Origin: a virus
Lineage: Duplodnaviria; Caudoviricetes
Virus record (IMG/VR): IMGVR_UViG_3300011339_000822
Coordinates: 1-40,802 of that record
Direction: 5' to 3' (one strand)
Length of the DNA: 40,802 nucleotides
The translations under genes and the position numbers were made by a program. Of the stretch, positions 1-8,227 are shown one piece after another. Positions within the stretch are counted from its first letter, which is position 1. Every line of letters starts with the position of its first letter. The notes under the pieces were generated by a model. The model had not been told where the DNA came from. It saw only the letters and a program-made list of their open reading frames with translations, and ran no database searches.

Positions 1-237
1 TTTGAAGCATATTTAGGTGGAAATACTAGTATTGATATATGTTTAAAGGGTGCAAACAAGGCAGCTTGCTTAAACTTAATTGATTTACGTCCTATGGACG
101 CTTTCTTTTTTGGAGACAAATGCACCCCTGGTGGTATAGACTATCCCCTGGTTCAAAAACTTAAAAATAAATGCTATCAAGTCGCTAGTGGTTATAAAGA
201 TACTTGGGAAAAACTAAAAACATTATGGTATACATAG
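1..237 (+). CDS. HAD-IIB phosphomannomutase-like protein, C-terminal part (truncated by window)
   Basis: Frame 1 reads FEAYLGGNTSIDICLKGANKAACL...FFFGDKCTPGGIDYPL, matching the eukaryotic-type PMM C-terminal motifs GGxxSxDxxxxGxxK and FFGDKxxxGGxD; stop TAG at 235-237. Confidence 0.7.
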   Translation, partial: FEAYLGGNTSIDICLKGANKAACLNLIDLRPMDAFFFGDKCTPGGIDYPLVQKLKNKCYQVASGYKDTWEKLKTLWYT

Positions 238-686
238 CACATCGTGGGTTATTTAAAGGTCCTAATCCTAGATTAGAGAACATGCCTAATCAAATTAATC
301 AAGCATTGATTGAAGGGTATGATTGTGAGATAGACATGTGGGTATTTGACAATAGATTGTATTTAGGTCATGATGGCCCTAAAATTAACGTTACAGAAGA
401 ATACATTTGTAATGATAGATTTTGGATACACGCAAAAAACTTAGAAGCATTATGTTGGTTACGTCATTCACCTATTAAACATAATTATTTCTGGCATGAA
501 TCAGATAAGTTTACATTAACAAGCAATGAATACATTTGGACTAACCCCGGCAATTATCTAAGCATTGATAGTGTGATGGTGATGCCTGAACATGAGGATC
601 CAACACTTGAAGTAACACGCAATGCAGTATGCCACGCAATATGTAGTGACTACGTAGAAAAGATTAAAGAGTTAAGATGCGATTAA
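225..686 (+). CDS. Glycerophosphodiester phosphodiesterase-like (PLC-like TIM barrel) protein
   Basis: IAHRG, EN, CEID and LGHD motifs; ATG at 225 preferred to the TTG at 204. Confidence 0.7.
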   Translation: MVYIAHRGLFKGPNPRLENMPNQINQALIEGYDCEIDMWVFDNRLYLGHDGPKINVTEEYICNDRFWIHAKNLEALCWLRHSPIKHNYFWHESDKFTLTSNEYIWTNPGNYLSIDSVMVMPEHEDPTLEVTRNAVCHAICSDYVEKIKELRCD

Positions 687-1504
687 TAGGATGCGGTGAT
701 AGTTGGTGCTGGGGTGCAGAGTTAGTTGATCCTAAAGAAGAACCCGTGCCTATTATGAATCTTCCCGGTGGAGGATTTGACCGTCAATTAAAACCTATCA
801 ATATTGAATACAGATTAAAGCACAGATATTTAAATTTGTTTGCTGATAGTATTGGTGCAACCGAGATAGTTGACTTAAGTAAACCTAGTCGTAGTAATGA
901 CGCAATCGTTCGTACACTGATTGAATTTCTTGTTAATGAGGGATATACTACAGGTCGTGATACAAGTGAGTTGTTTATCACAATAGGTTGGAGTAGTCCT
1001 GAGCGTAGAGAGTTTTATTACAAAGAACGTTGGGGCGCAGACAATTGGATGGAGTTTGGCCCTTGGAGTATGGATCAAGATCACAGTGATAAAGACATTG
1101 ATAAGTTCATGCGATTATACTTTGACAACTTTTGGAATGAAGGTGAGTTCTTACATCGTTGGATACAACAAGTATGGCAAACAGAACTAATGCTAAAGAG
1201 TTTGAACATCAAGTATGTTATGCATCAGGCATTCTACCATCATCATACTCAAATGATTAATCAATGGGATGATAAGAAGTATAAAGAGAAGTTTACAACA
1301 ATAACACAATCTGACAAATTATTGTGGGATTCAATTGATAGTGTTAAGTTTATTCATAAAGATCATCCTGAATTAGGTACGATGCATCACTATATGCTGT
1401 CACAAGCAAAAGATGTGTTTGAAGTCTTTCACCCTAACAGTAAAGGTCATGCTATTTGGGCTGACTATATGTACAAATATTGTATTGAAAATAAATTACT
1501 ATGA
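677..1504 (+). CDS. SGNH/GDSL hydrolase-like protein
   Basis: N-terminal GCGDSWCWG, SN block and C-terminal HPNSKGH. Confidence 0.6.
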   Translation: MRLIGCGDSWCWGAELVDPKEEPVPIMNLPGGGFDRQLKPINIEYRLKHRYLNLFADSIGATEIVDLSKPSRSNDAIVRTLIEFLVNEGYTTGRDTSELFITIGWSSPERREFYYKERWGADNWMEFGPWSMDQDHSDKDIDKFMRLYFDNFWNEGEFLHRWIQQVWQTELMLKSLNIKYVMHQAFYHHHTQMINQWDDKKYKEKFTTITQSDKLLWDSIDSVKFIHKDHPELGTMHHYMLSQAKDVFEVFHPNSKGHAIWADYMYKYCIENKLL

Positions 1505-2274
1505 AAAATATTGCTGTCATTCTTAGGGGTCATTATAGGACATGGGACTATAATCATAAAGAAGCATTTAAATTTTACGAATCAATAGCAGAGAATGTTG
1601 AGTATTATTTTGTTACTTGGAAACTTGAGAATATGTTTTCTAAAAGGATTACAGATAGCTTTCAAGATAATAATCAAAAATTAATTAAATTTTTACCTAT
1701 ACACCCAGACCAATTATATTACACTTCTTGGCATGGCCCCAGTCACTTGAATCACTCAATCATTCCTTATAAAAAACAACGTGAACGTGAGATAATATAT
1801 GATGCAGTATTTGATACACGACCTGATATTATATACAAACGAATAGAAAATAAAACTGTGTCACTACCTGAACCTAATACTTTATATGTTACTAGATATG
1901 AGCCACAACACGGCCCGGATGGTAATAAACACATAGGGATCGAAGATCATTTTATGATGTCCACAAGTGAAGTTCATAATATAATGAGTACACGACATGC
2001 ATACCTTGATGTAATAGGATGCCAATCACAGATATTAAAACTTGCTACTGAGTTTGGAGTACATACGGCTCTAATTGATTGGGTCAAAGATGCTATTGTT
2101 AGACCCACAGCATTTGCAAGCATACCCAAACCCGAGAACTATTTTGATGAAAATCACACTAAAGTAGAAAGAGAATGGGGATTTTTGCCAGTAGAACAAA
2201 AGTTAGCACTTTTAAAGCACCATGCGATTCGTGAGGAAGACTATACTACTAGCAGTATATTAGCTAAATTGTAG
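1501..2274 (+). CDS. Putative glycosyltransferase-like protein
   Basis: KNIAVILRGHYRT start and DAVFDTRPDI motif, typical of phage GT-like proteins; overlaps upstream gene. Confidence 0.4.
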   Translation: MKNIAVILRGHYRTWDYNHKEAFKFYESIAENVEYYFVTWKLENMFSKRITDSFQDNNQKLIKFLPIHPDQLYYTSWHGPSHLNHSIIPYKKQREREIIYDAVFDTRPDIIYKRIENKTVSLPEPNTLYVTRYEPQHGPDGNKHIGIEDHFMMSTSEVHNIMSTRHAYLDVIGCQSQILKLATEFGVHTALIDWVKDAIVRPTAFASIPKPENYFDENHTKVEREWGFLPVEQKLALLKHHAIREEDYTTSSILAKL

Positions 2275-2303
2275 TTGACATTTATTCCCGAATTGTGTAT
2301 AAT
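2275..2303 (+). promoter_or_regulatory. sigma70 promoter
   Basis: TTGACA (2275)-17 bp-TATAAT (2298), perfect consensus. Confidence 0.85.
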
Positions 2304-2323
2304 TGCAAGATAAAGGAATAATT

Positions 2324-2791
2324 ATGCCGTGGATTGAAAACGTAGCCGCAAGTGATATCCCAATTGGGTTTCATCACAATGCCGGCCCAAATAGTATGTT
2401 GATTAGTATTGTGGATCCAGCAAGCTGGCGCCCTGAAGCCAAACATGAATTCAAAGAGCGGCACAATTTTGAGTTCCTTGACGTTGAAGAAAAAGACGAA
2501 GTGCTTGAAGAAGAAATGAAATGTAGCCATGAGCAAGCCGCGGATCTGGTTCGATTATTGCAACACGCACTAGAGAATCGCATGAACGTTGTTGTTCATT
2601 GTTATGCAGGTGTGTGCCGTAGTGGCGCAGTTTGCGAAGTAGGTGTTATGATGGGTTTCGATGATGTGGGCAAATGGCGCAGTCCAAACCTGCTAGTCAA
2701 GCATCGTATGATGAAGGCACTAGGTTGGACGTATGATGAAAATGAAAAGCCAAACATTGATGATTGGAGAACTTTTAGGAATGATGTATGA
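2324..2791 (+). CDS. Protein-tyrosine/dual-specificity phosphatase family protein
   Basis: CX5R P-loop VVHCYAGVCRS; AAGGA ribosome-binding site before ATG 2324. Confidence 0.8.
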   Translation: MPWIENVAASDIPIGFHHNAGPNSMLISIVDPASWRPEAKHEFKERHNFEFLDVEEKDEVLEEEMKCSHEQAADLVRLLQHALENRMNVVVHCYAGVCRSGAVCEVGVMMGFDDVGKWRSPNLLVKHRMMKALGWTYDENEKPNIDDWRTFRNDV

Positions 2792-3096
2792 ACAAATTGA
2801 ACGAAGATGGTAAAGTAGCAGTATTGTACAGTCCTGGCTTCGGTGCAGGTTGGTACACATGGAATTATGAACATCCAGAAATTCTTTTTGATCCAGCAAT
2901 CGTAAAGTTTGTTGAGAAAGAAAAGTGGGATGAACTGGCTACTTATGTAGAATTGAAGTATCCTGAAATCTACACAGGTGGCATGAGAGATTTGACAATA
3001 GAGTGGATACCAGAAGGTGCATTGTTTAAAGTAAATGAATACGATGGTAGTGAATCAATTGAATTGAAAGAAGGCGATCACTGGATGGTTGCTTAA
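2788..3096 (+). CDS. Conserved phage hypothetical protein
   Basis: VAVLYSPGFGAGWYTWN and INEYDG-like motifs; ATGA overlap with the upstream gene. Confidence 0.75.
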   Translation: MNKLNEDGKVAVLYSPGFGAGWYTWNYEHPEILFDPAIVKFVEKEKWDELATYVELKYPEIYTGGMRDLTIEWIPEGALFKVNEYDGSESIELKEGDHWMVA

Positions 3097-3105
3097 AGGA
3101 ATAAT

Positions 3106-3333
3106 ATGTTTAAAGTAATAGGTAAGAATGTAGAATATGAAGTATATTCATTGGATGATGCTATGTTCTTAGCTAAGAAGATGAATGAATTTGTATCTAT
3201 CAAAGGCACAGACTTTGAAGTGTGCGGTATGTTTGGTGTTGATAGTGTAGTAGATGGCAAGTGTCCTGATGGCGTTGCGTATGACTGGAACAAAGCAAGC
3301 CGAATAGGCCGAGTAAAGAAAGAACGAGTATAA
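3106..3333 (+). CDS. Hypothetical protein
   Basis: 75 aa ORF with AAGGA RBS, in operon context. Confidence 0.7.
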   Translation: MFKVIGKNVEYEVYSLDDAMFLAKKMNEFVSIKGTDFEVCGMFGVDSVVDGKCPDGVAYDWNKASRIGRVKKERV

Positions 3334-3342
3334 AATACTCAC

Positions 3343-3371
3343 TTGACAAATAAGAGTTTTGGGTTTATAAT
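3343..3371 (+). promoter_or_regulatory. sigma70 promoter
   Basis: TTGACA-17 bp-TATAAT. Confidence 0.85.
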
Positions 3372-3398
3372 AGTGTCTTACACAGAAAGGAGCATAGT

Positions 3399-3587
3399 AT
3401 GGGTTACAATACAAAACACTTTGACCATGAAGCACACTATGCTTCAAAGTCAACAAAACAACTTGAGGCACTGTTGAAGCAGGCCGAAAAGTTTGTACAA
3501 GAACATCCCAAGTTTGAATACAGCTGGCACAATGAATATCGCCAGATGCTGAAACTGAAGATTGCAGAACGAATTGGAAGGAAATAA
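3399..3587 (+). CDS. Hypothetical protein
   Basis: 62 aa ORF, AAGGAG RBS, directly after a promoter. Confidence 0.7.
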   Translation: MGYNTKHFDHEAHYASKSTKQLEALLKQAEKFVQEHPKFEYSWHNEYRQMLKLKIAERIGRK

Positions 3588-3588
3588 T

Positions 3589-4191
3589 ATGCCCGCAGTA
3601 TTTTTAACAAGTGACACACACTTTGGTCATGCCGGAGTGTGTAGATTCACAGAAGCAGACGGTGTCACAAAAATTCGACCATGGACTGATCCAGATGAGA
3701 TGGATGAGGAAATGATTAAACGTTGGAACGACACTGTTAGACCTAACGATAAAGTTTATCACTTAGGTGACGTGGTTATTAACAGAAAATCATTAAACAC
3801 ATTACATCGTTTGAACGGCGACAAGGTGTTAATTCGTGGCAATCATGATATCTTCCGTGACGATGAGTATCGCAGGTACTTTCGTGAGTTACGTGCTTAT
3901 CATGTAATGAACGGAATGATTTTAAGTCATATCCCATTACACGAAGCTAGCTTAGGTCGTTTTGGTGTCAACATTCATGGTCATTTACATTCTAACAGAG
4001 TGAAAAAGGCTAGGGGCATTGATGCTACGACAGGCAAAACATTATACAGTGATGAAAACGATGTTCGTTATCATTGTGTTTGTGTTGAGCAAACAGACTT
4101 TACTCCTATCTTATTCGAAGACGTTATCAAACGCATCGAGGCAGAAGGTGGCTCAGTTGGATTCAAAAGTGGAAACGGTCCTACAATGTAA
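3589..4191 (+). CDS. Calcineurin-like metallophosphoesterase
   Basis: SDTHFGH, HLGD, RGNHD, SHIP and HGHLH motifs. Confidence 0.85.
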   Translation: MPAVFLTSDTHFGHAGVCRFTEADGVTKIRPWTDPDEMDEEMIKRWNDTVRPNDKVYHLGDVVINRKSLNTLHRLNGDKVLIRGNHDIFRDDEYRRYFRELRAYHVMNGMILSHIPLHEASLGRFGVNIHGHLHSNRVKKARGIDATTGKTLYSDENDVRYHCVCVEQTDFTPILFEDVIKRIEAEGGSVGFKSGNGPTM

Positions 4192-4251
4192 AATAGAGAC
4201 TTCGGTCTCTATTTTTTTGGTAAAATAGAGACTTCGGTCTCTATTTTTTTG
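4188..4251 (+). terminator. Exact tandem duplication (2 x 32 bp) of an intrinsic terminator
   Basis: GTAAAATAGAGAC-TTCG-GTCTCTATTTTTTTG occurs at 4188-4219 and 4220-4251; cUUCGg tetraloop plus U-tract. Confidence 0.9.
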
Positions 4252-4257
4252 GTTAAA

Positions 4258-4287
4258 TAGTCACACTATTGTCACATCATTGTCACA
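4258..4287 (+). promoter_or_regulatory. Pho box (three PhoB half-sites)
   Basis: GTCAC at 4260, 4271 and 4282, an 11-bp period (tagtcac-acta-ttgtcac-atca-ttgtcac), matching CTGTCAY-N4 repeats; lies directly upstream of pstS. Confidence 0.8.
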
Positions 4288-4337
4288 ATTTTCTGATTAA
4301 ATAATTGTGTAATACCAACACACAAGGAGACCATTAC

Positions 4338-5345
4338 ATGAAAAAACTGACAGCATTATTAGGTGCATTGTTAATATCAACAGTCGCAATTAGCGCAGAA
4401 ATCACAGGCGCTGGTGCGACTTTTCCAATGCCTATCTATTCTAAATGGGCCGAAGGATATAAGAAAGCCACAGGGGTCAGCTTAAACTATCAGAGCATTG
4501 GTAGTTCAGGTGGCATTAGACAAATCAACGCAAAGACAGTTGACTTTGGCGCAACAGATGCACCTGTTACCGGAGACAAGTTGGCGGCAAATGGACAAAT
4601 ACAATTCCCTGCTATCATTGGTGGAACAGTTCCAGTAGTTAACTTAGACGGTATTAAGCCCGGGGAACTACGCATCACTGGACCTGTAATGGCTGAAGTA
4701 TTCATGGGTACTATTGCTAAGTGGAATGATCCTAAATTAGTGGCATTGAATCCAGGTAAAGCATTACCAGATGCACCAATCACTATTGTGCATCGTGCTG
4801 ATGGATCAGGCACAACATTTAACTGGACAGACTATCTTGCTACTGTTAGTCCTGAGTGGTTGAGTAAAGTAGGTCGAGGTGCCGCAGTTAAATGGCCGGC
4901 AGCAAACAGTATCGGTGGCAAAGGCAATGAAGGTGTTGCTGCCAACGTGAACAGAGTTAAAGGCTCTATCGGTTATGTAGAGTATGCGTATGTTAAGAAA
5001 AACAACATGATATTCCTGCAACTACAAAACAAAGCAGGCAAGTATGTAAGTCCAGATGATTTAACATTTGCTGCCGCAGCCGATGGTGCTGATTGGTTCA
5101 GTGTTCCTGGTATGGGATTGAGTATTGTGGATCAACGTAATCCCAATGCTTGGCCCGTTAGTTCAGCAAGTTTCATCATTATGTACAAAGAGCCTAAGGA
5201 CAAGGCTACCAGCAATGAAGTGTTAAAGTTCTTTGATTGGGCATTTAAAAACGGCAAGAAAGATGCTACAGACTTAGACTATGTACCATTGCCCGACGCA
5301 CTGACAAAACAGATCCGTGAGCGTGTTTGGACACAGATTAAGTAA
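4338..5345 (+). CDS. pstS: Phosphate ABC transporter substrate-binding protein PstS
   Basis: Signal peptide, then ITGAGATFP, NYQSIGSSGG, DFGATDAP, HRADGSGTT and IGYVEYAY; AAGGAGA RBS. Confidence 0.97.
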   Translation: MKKLTALLGALLISTVAISAEITGAGATFPMPIYSKWAEGYKKATGVSLNYQSIGSSGGIRQINAKTVDFGATDAPVTGDKLAANGQIQFPAIIGGTVPVVNLDGIKPGELRITGPVMAEVFMGTIAKWNDPKLVALNPGKALPDAPITIVHRADGSGTTFNWTDYLATVSPEWLSKVGRGAAVKWPAANSIGGKGNEGVAANVNRVKGSIGYVEYAYVKKNNMIFLQLQNKAGKYVSPDDLTFAAAADGADWFSVPGMGLSIVDQRNPNAWPVSSASFIIMYKEPKDKATSNEVLKFFDWAFKNGKKDATDLDYVPLPDALTKQIRERVWTQIK

Positions 5346-5410
5346 ACCGACCACACCGATTGAGTGGCGCTGGAACTCGTAACCAGCACTTTTATAATAA
5401 TAAAAATAGT

Positions 5411-6277
5411 ATGCAAAAAACCTACCGCTCTATCTTTGTAAGTGATGTTCATCTTGGAACTAAAGATAGCCAAGCCGGTAAACTTAATAACTTTCTTAAA
5501 CATAACTCTTGTGATACATTATATCTTGTGGGCGATATTATAGACGCTTGGCGCATACAACAAAATAAGTGGCAATGGAAACAAAGCCATACGAACGTAG
5601 TCCGCCGCATACTAGGACATGCTAAACGCGGTACTAGAGTAGTTTATGTAGCAGGGAATCACGATGAATTTTTAAGACCAATGATTCCATATGGATTTAG
5701 TTTTGGTCTAGTAGAAATACACAATCAAATAGAACATATAGGTGCAGACGGTAAACACTATCTTGTTACACACGGTGACTTGTTTGATGGCATCACTAGG
5801 TTAGCACCGTGGCTCAGTTTTTTAGGAGACAAGGCTTATGACTTTGTATTGTATCTCAATGGAAAATTTAACTGGATACGTCACAAGATGGGGTTTGGTT
5901 ATTGGTCATTGAGTAAATATCTCAAACACAAAGTAAAAAAAGCTGTGGACTTTATGTTTCAGTTTGAAAAGAATTTAGCAGGCTACTGTAAGAAACGTGG
6001 ATTTGATGGCGTGATATGCGGACACATACATCACGCTGAAATCAAACAGATAGACGGTGTCACTTATATGAATGACGGTGACTGGGTTGAAAGTTGTACA
6101 GCACTTGTAGAGCATTGGAATGGGAAGTGGGAAATTATAACATGGACCAAGGAGAAAGACGATGTGGATACTGATAATACTAGCAGTTCATATAAACGAT
6201 CCAAAGGATATTCCGGGGAGGATAGAATTGACGTTTCAAGATCAACAGACTTGCCAACAGGCATTAAGTACAATTAA
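5411..6277 (+). CDS. plcP: PlcP/LpxH2-type Mn-dependent phospholipase C (usually annotated UDP-2,3-diacylglucosamine diphosphatase)
   Basis: YRSIFVSDVHLG, LYLVGDIIDAW, GNHDEFLR, HGDLFD, LGDKAYD, GYWSLS, DGVICGHIHHA and YMNDGDWVESCTA follow the PlcP family along its whole length. Confidence 0.8.
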   Translation: MQKTYRSIFVSDVHLGTKDSQAGKLNNFLKHNSCDTLYLVGDIIDAWRIQQNKWQWKQSHTNVVRRILGHAKRGTRVVYVAGNHDEFLRPMIPYGFSFGLVEIHNQIEHIGADGKHYLVTHGDLFDGITRLAPWLSFLGDKAYDFVLYLNGKFNWIRHKMGFGYWSLSKYLKHKVKKAVDFMFQFEKNLAGYCKKRGFDGVICGHIHHAEIKQIDGVTYMNDGDWVESCTALVEHWNGKWEIITWTKEKDDVDTDNTSSSYKRSKGYSGEDRIDVSRSTDLPTGIKYN

Positions 6278-6332
6278 GTACAAACTAAAATTTGAAAGTT
6301 TTAAGGTGATATCAGAATGCAAAAAACAATAA
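6162..6332 (+). CDS. Small protein (56 aa) overlapping the plcP 3' end
   Basis: MWILIILAVHINDPKDIPGRIELTFQDQQTCQQAL...VISECKKQ; AAGGAGA RBS; not in the supplied ORF track. Confidence 0.6.
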   Translation: MWILIILAVHINDPKDIPGRIELTFQDQQTCQQALSTIKYKLKFESFKVISECKKQ

Positions 6333-7033
6333 GTGATAAAATTACAATCGTAGTACCTTGCAAGAATGAGAAAAATTATATCCATCATTTATTAGACGCA
6401 TTGCGTTCACAAAATATTGGCAATACTAGAGTTATCATTGCTGATTGTTCTACAGACAACACTAGACAGGTTATACAAGATAATAGTACTCAATTAAACA
6501 TTGAAATCATTGAGGGAGGACCTGTCTCTACTGCTAAAAATAATGGAGCACGATTAGTCACTACACCATATATTTTGTTTATTGATGCTGACGTTCGTTT
6601 CTTTAAGAACACTGTCATTCAGGACGCAGTTGAAGTAATTGAATCAAAGAACTTGGACCTCGTTGGTTTAAACATCAAGTGTTATGACAAAGACCCGAGA
6701 GCAATGCTTGGATTTACTCTGTTTAACACCATAAATCATGCATTGAAATATTTCTCGCCCTTTGCAGTCGGAGCATTTATGTTAACACGTAGAGATAAGT
6801 TTGAAGAATACGGTGGATTCCCAGAACAGTTTGCCACATCAGAGGATTACTTTTTGTCAAGGAAATACAGCCCTAAAAAGTTTAAGATTGTTAAACATCA
6901 TTTTGGACAAGACAGTCGTAGATTTAAAAAGATGGGATATTTTGGAATGGGTAAGTACTTAATCCAAAATTTTATTAACCGTAACAATAAAAAATATTGG
7001 GATAGCTTAGACTCATCTAAATATTGGAATTAA
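6317..7033 (+). CDS. Glycosyltransferase family 2
   Basis: ITIVVPCKNE, IIADCSTDNT, KNNGA, LFIDADV (DxD) and SED motifs. Confidence 0.9.
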   Translation: MQKTISDKITIVVPCKNEKNYIHHLLDALRSQNIGNTRVIIADCSTDNTRQVIQDNSTQLNIEIIEGGPVSTAKNNGARLVTTPYILFIDADVRFFKNTVIQDAVEVIESKNLDLVGLNIKCYDKDPRAMLGFTLFNTINHALKYFSPFAVGAFMLTRRDKFEEYGGFPEQFATSEDYFLSRKYSPKKFKIVKHHFGQDSRRFKKMGYFGMGKYLIQNFINRNNKKYWDSLDSSKYWN

Positions 7034-7052
7034 ACACATTTTATAATATATG

Positions 7053-7060
7053 TATAAATA
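7053..7060 (+). promoter_or_regulatory. T4-type late promoter
   Basis: TATAAATA five bases upstream of ATG 7066. Confidence 0.5.
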
Positions 7061-7065
7061 ACATT

Positions 7066-7533
7066 ATGCTACAATTCATCAAAGACCTTTCACACACACT
7101 ATTGGAGTTTATCAAAGATGATCCTGTTCGTCCGGAGATATCAAAAGATTTTCGTGTTAGTGATGGTAGAATGGTTGCGGCATTAACTGATGAAGAAAGT
7201 AATCCTGAAGCAATGGTATGTGTTAGCTTCCATGATTTCATTCCAGCAGATATTAAAGATTTAGATAAAACTGCACAAGTTCCCACTACTGCTATATTCT
7301 ATACCATATGGAGTTACAAGAGTGGCAAAGGTCAAGAGTTGTTGTTTAGGGCTGTTAAAGGGATACAAGAACAATACCCAAGTGTCACTAGGTTTGTAAC
7401 CCTAAGTCCTAAAACAAATATGGCTCGCAGATTCCATCTAAAGAATGGTGCTATTATTTTCCGTGAAAATTTAGACACTACAAACTACGAATATCCAGTA
7501 GTAAAAGAAGCTATCAAAACTGAAGAAAAGTAA
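7066..7533 (+). CDS. Conserved phage protein, GNAT/malonyl-CoA-decarboxylase-like fold
   Basis: KDDPVRP, AIFYTIWSYKSGKGQELL and RFVTLSP motifs. Confidence 0.55.
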   Translation: MLQFIKDLSHTLLEFIKDDPVRPEISKDFRVSDGRMVAALTDEESNPEAMVCVSFHDFIPADIKDLDKTAQVPTTAIFYTIWSYKSGKGQELLFRAVKGIQEQYPSVTRFVTLSPKTNMARRFHLKNGAIIFRENLDTTNYEYPVVKEAIKTEEK

Positions 7534-7629
7534 TACTCAAGTATTACATATTTTGTAGTAAAAAGTACTCATTTTGTATCTTAGGTGCTTCAAAATCGAT
7601 AGAGTTGTCCGGAGTGTATACTGACTCAC
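7526..7629. repeat. Conserved intergenic element, copy 1 (copy 2 at 13781-13885)
   Basis: Blocks AAAAGTAATACT, ATTACA, AAAAGTAYTCATTTT, TTAGGTGCT and ATACTGACWCAC are shared in the same order with near-identical spacing. Confidence 0.7.
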
Positions 7630-7683
7630 AAGTATAGGAATTATCCTAAGTTAGTACCAACTAACTTATATAATAGCCGAAAT

Positions 7684-7712
7684 TTGACAATAAATGGGTT
7701 TTAGTATATAAT
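7684..7712 (+). promoter_or_regulatory. sigma70 early promoter (TTGACAATAAAT family)
   Basis: TTGACA-ataaatgggttttagta-TATAAT. Confidence 0.85.
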
Positions 7713-7718
7713 TCATCT

Positions 7719-8057
7719 ATGAACTCGAAAATCAACCGCAAACGTAGAACTGACAGAAATCAAGTTATCTATTACATCCAAGATGTACAGACACTTGAGT
7801 ACTATGTTGGACTTACCGCATTGTCATATAAAGGCAATGTGTTTTTGACACTACGCCGTCGTATGCAAAAACATATGCAACGTGCTATGACAGAAAACAA
7901 AAACTGGGGTCTGAGTCGTGCTTTGCGTGAACAAGGCGCCGAGCGTTTTGTATTTGGTGTTGTTGAAGTTGTTCGAGGAAAGCGTCCTGCTCATGCACGT
8001 GAGACAGAATTAATCAACACCATGCAACCAGCATTGAATACATTTGGAGTTAAATAA
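7719..8057 (+). CDS. GIY-YIG domain protein
   Basis: VIYYI...YYVGLT, conserved R and H, E...I...LN pattern. Confidence 0.7.
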   Translation: MNSKINRKRRTDRNQVIYYIQDVQTLEYYVGLTALSYKGNVFLTLRRRMQKHMQRAMTENKNWGLSRALREQGAERFVFGVVEVVRGKRPAHARETELINTMQPALNTFGVK

Positions 8058-8227
8058 TGGACTTCCTTATAAGAGCCGAAAAGTATGCTATGGCTCGGGG
8101 TGATGAAATGTTTTTCAAACACTATTACACATTGAACCGTGTAAACTTTTCGGTGCGTGATAGTGTAAGATATACATTACAATATATGTATGATGACCAT
8201 GTTGCTGACCTTTTGGAGTATCAATAA
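8057..8227 (+). CDS. Hypothetical protein (56 aa)
   Basis: MDFLIRAEKYAMARGDEMFF...; TAATG coupling at both ends. Confidence 0.6.
   Translation: MDFLIRAEKYAMARGDEMFFKHYYTLNRVNFSVRDSVRYTLQYMYDDHVADLLEYQ

Noticed and set aside
4188-4290. Possible mini-CRISPR array (32-bp palindromic repeats)
   Set aside because: The repeats abut with no spacers and read as terminators; the 11-bp repeats are a Pho box; no cas genes.
5411-6277. Canonical lipid A enzyme LpxH
   Set aside because: Sequence features and Pho/pstS/glycosyltransferase context fit the PlcP (LpxH2) subfamily better; no other lpx genes present.
7719-8057. Homing endonuclease or intron
   Set aside because: Only a 112-aa stand-alone GIY-YIG domain with its own promoter; no interrupted gene or DNA-binding extension.
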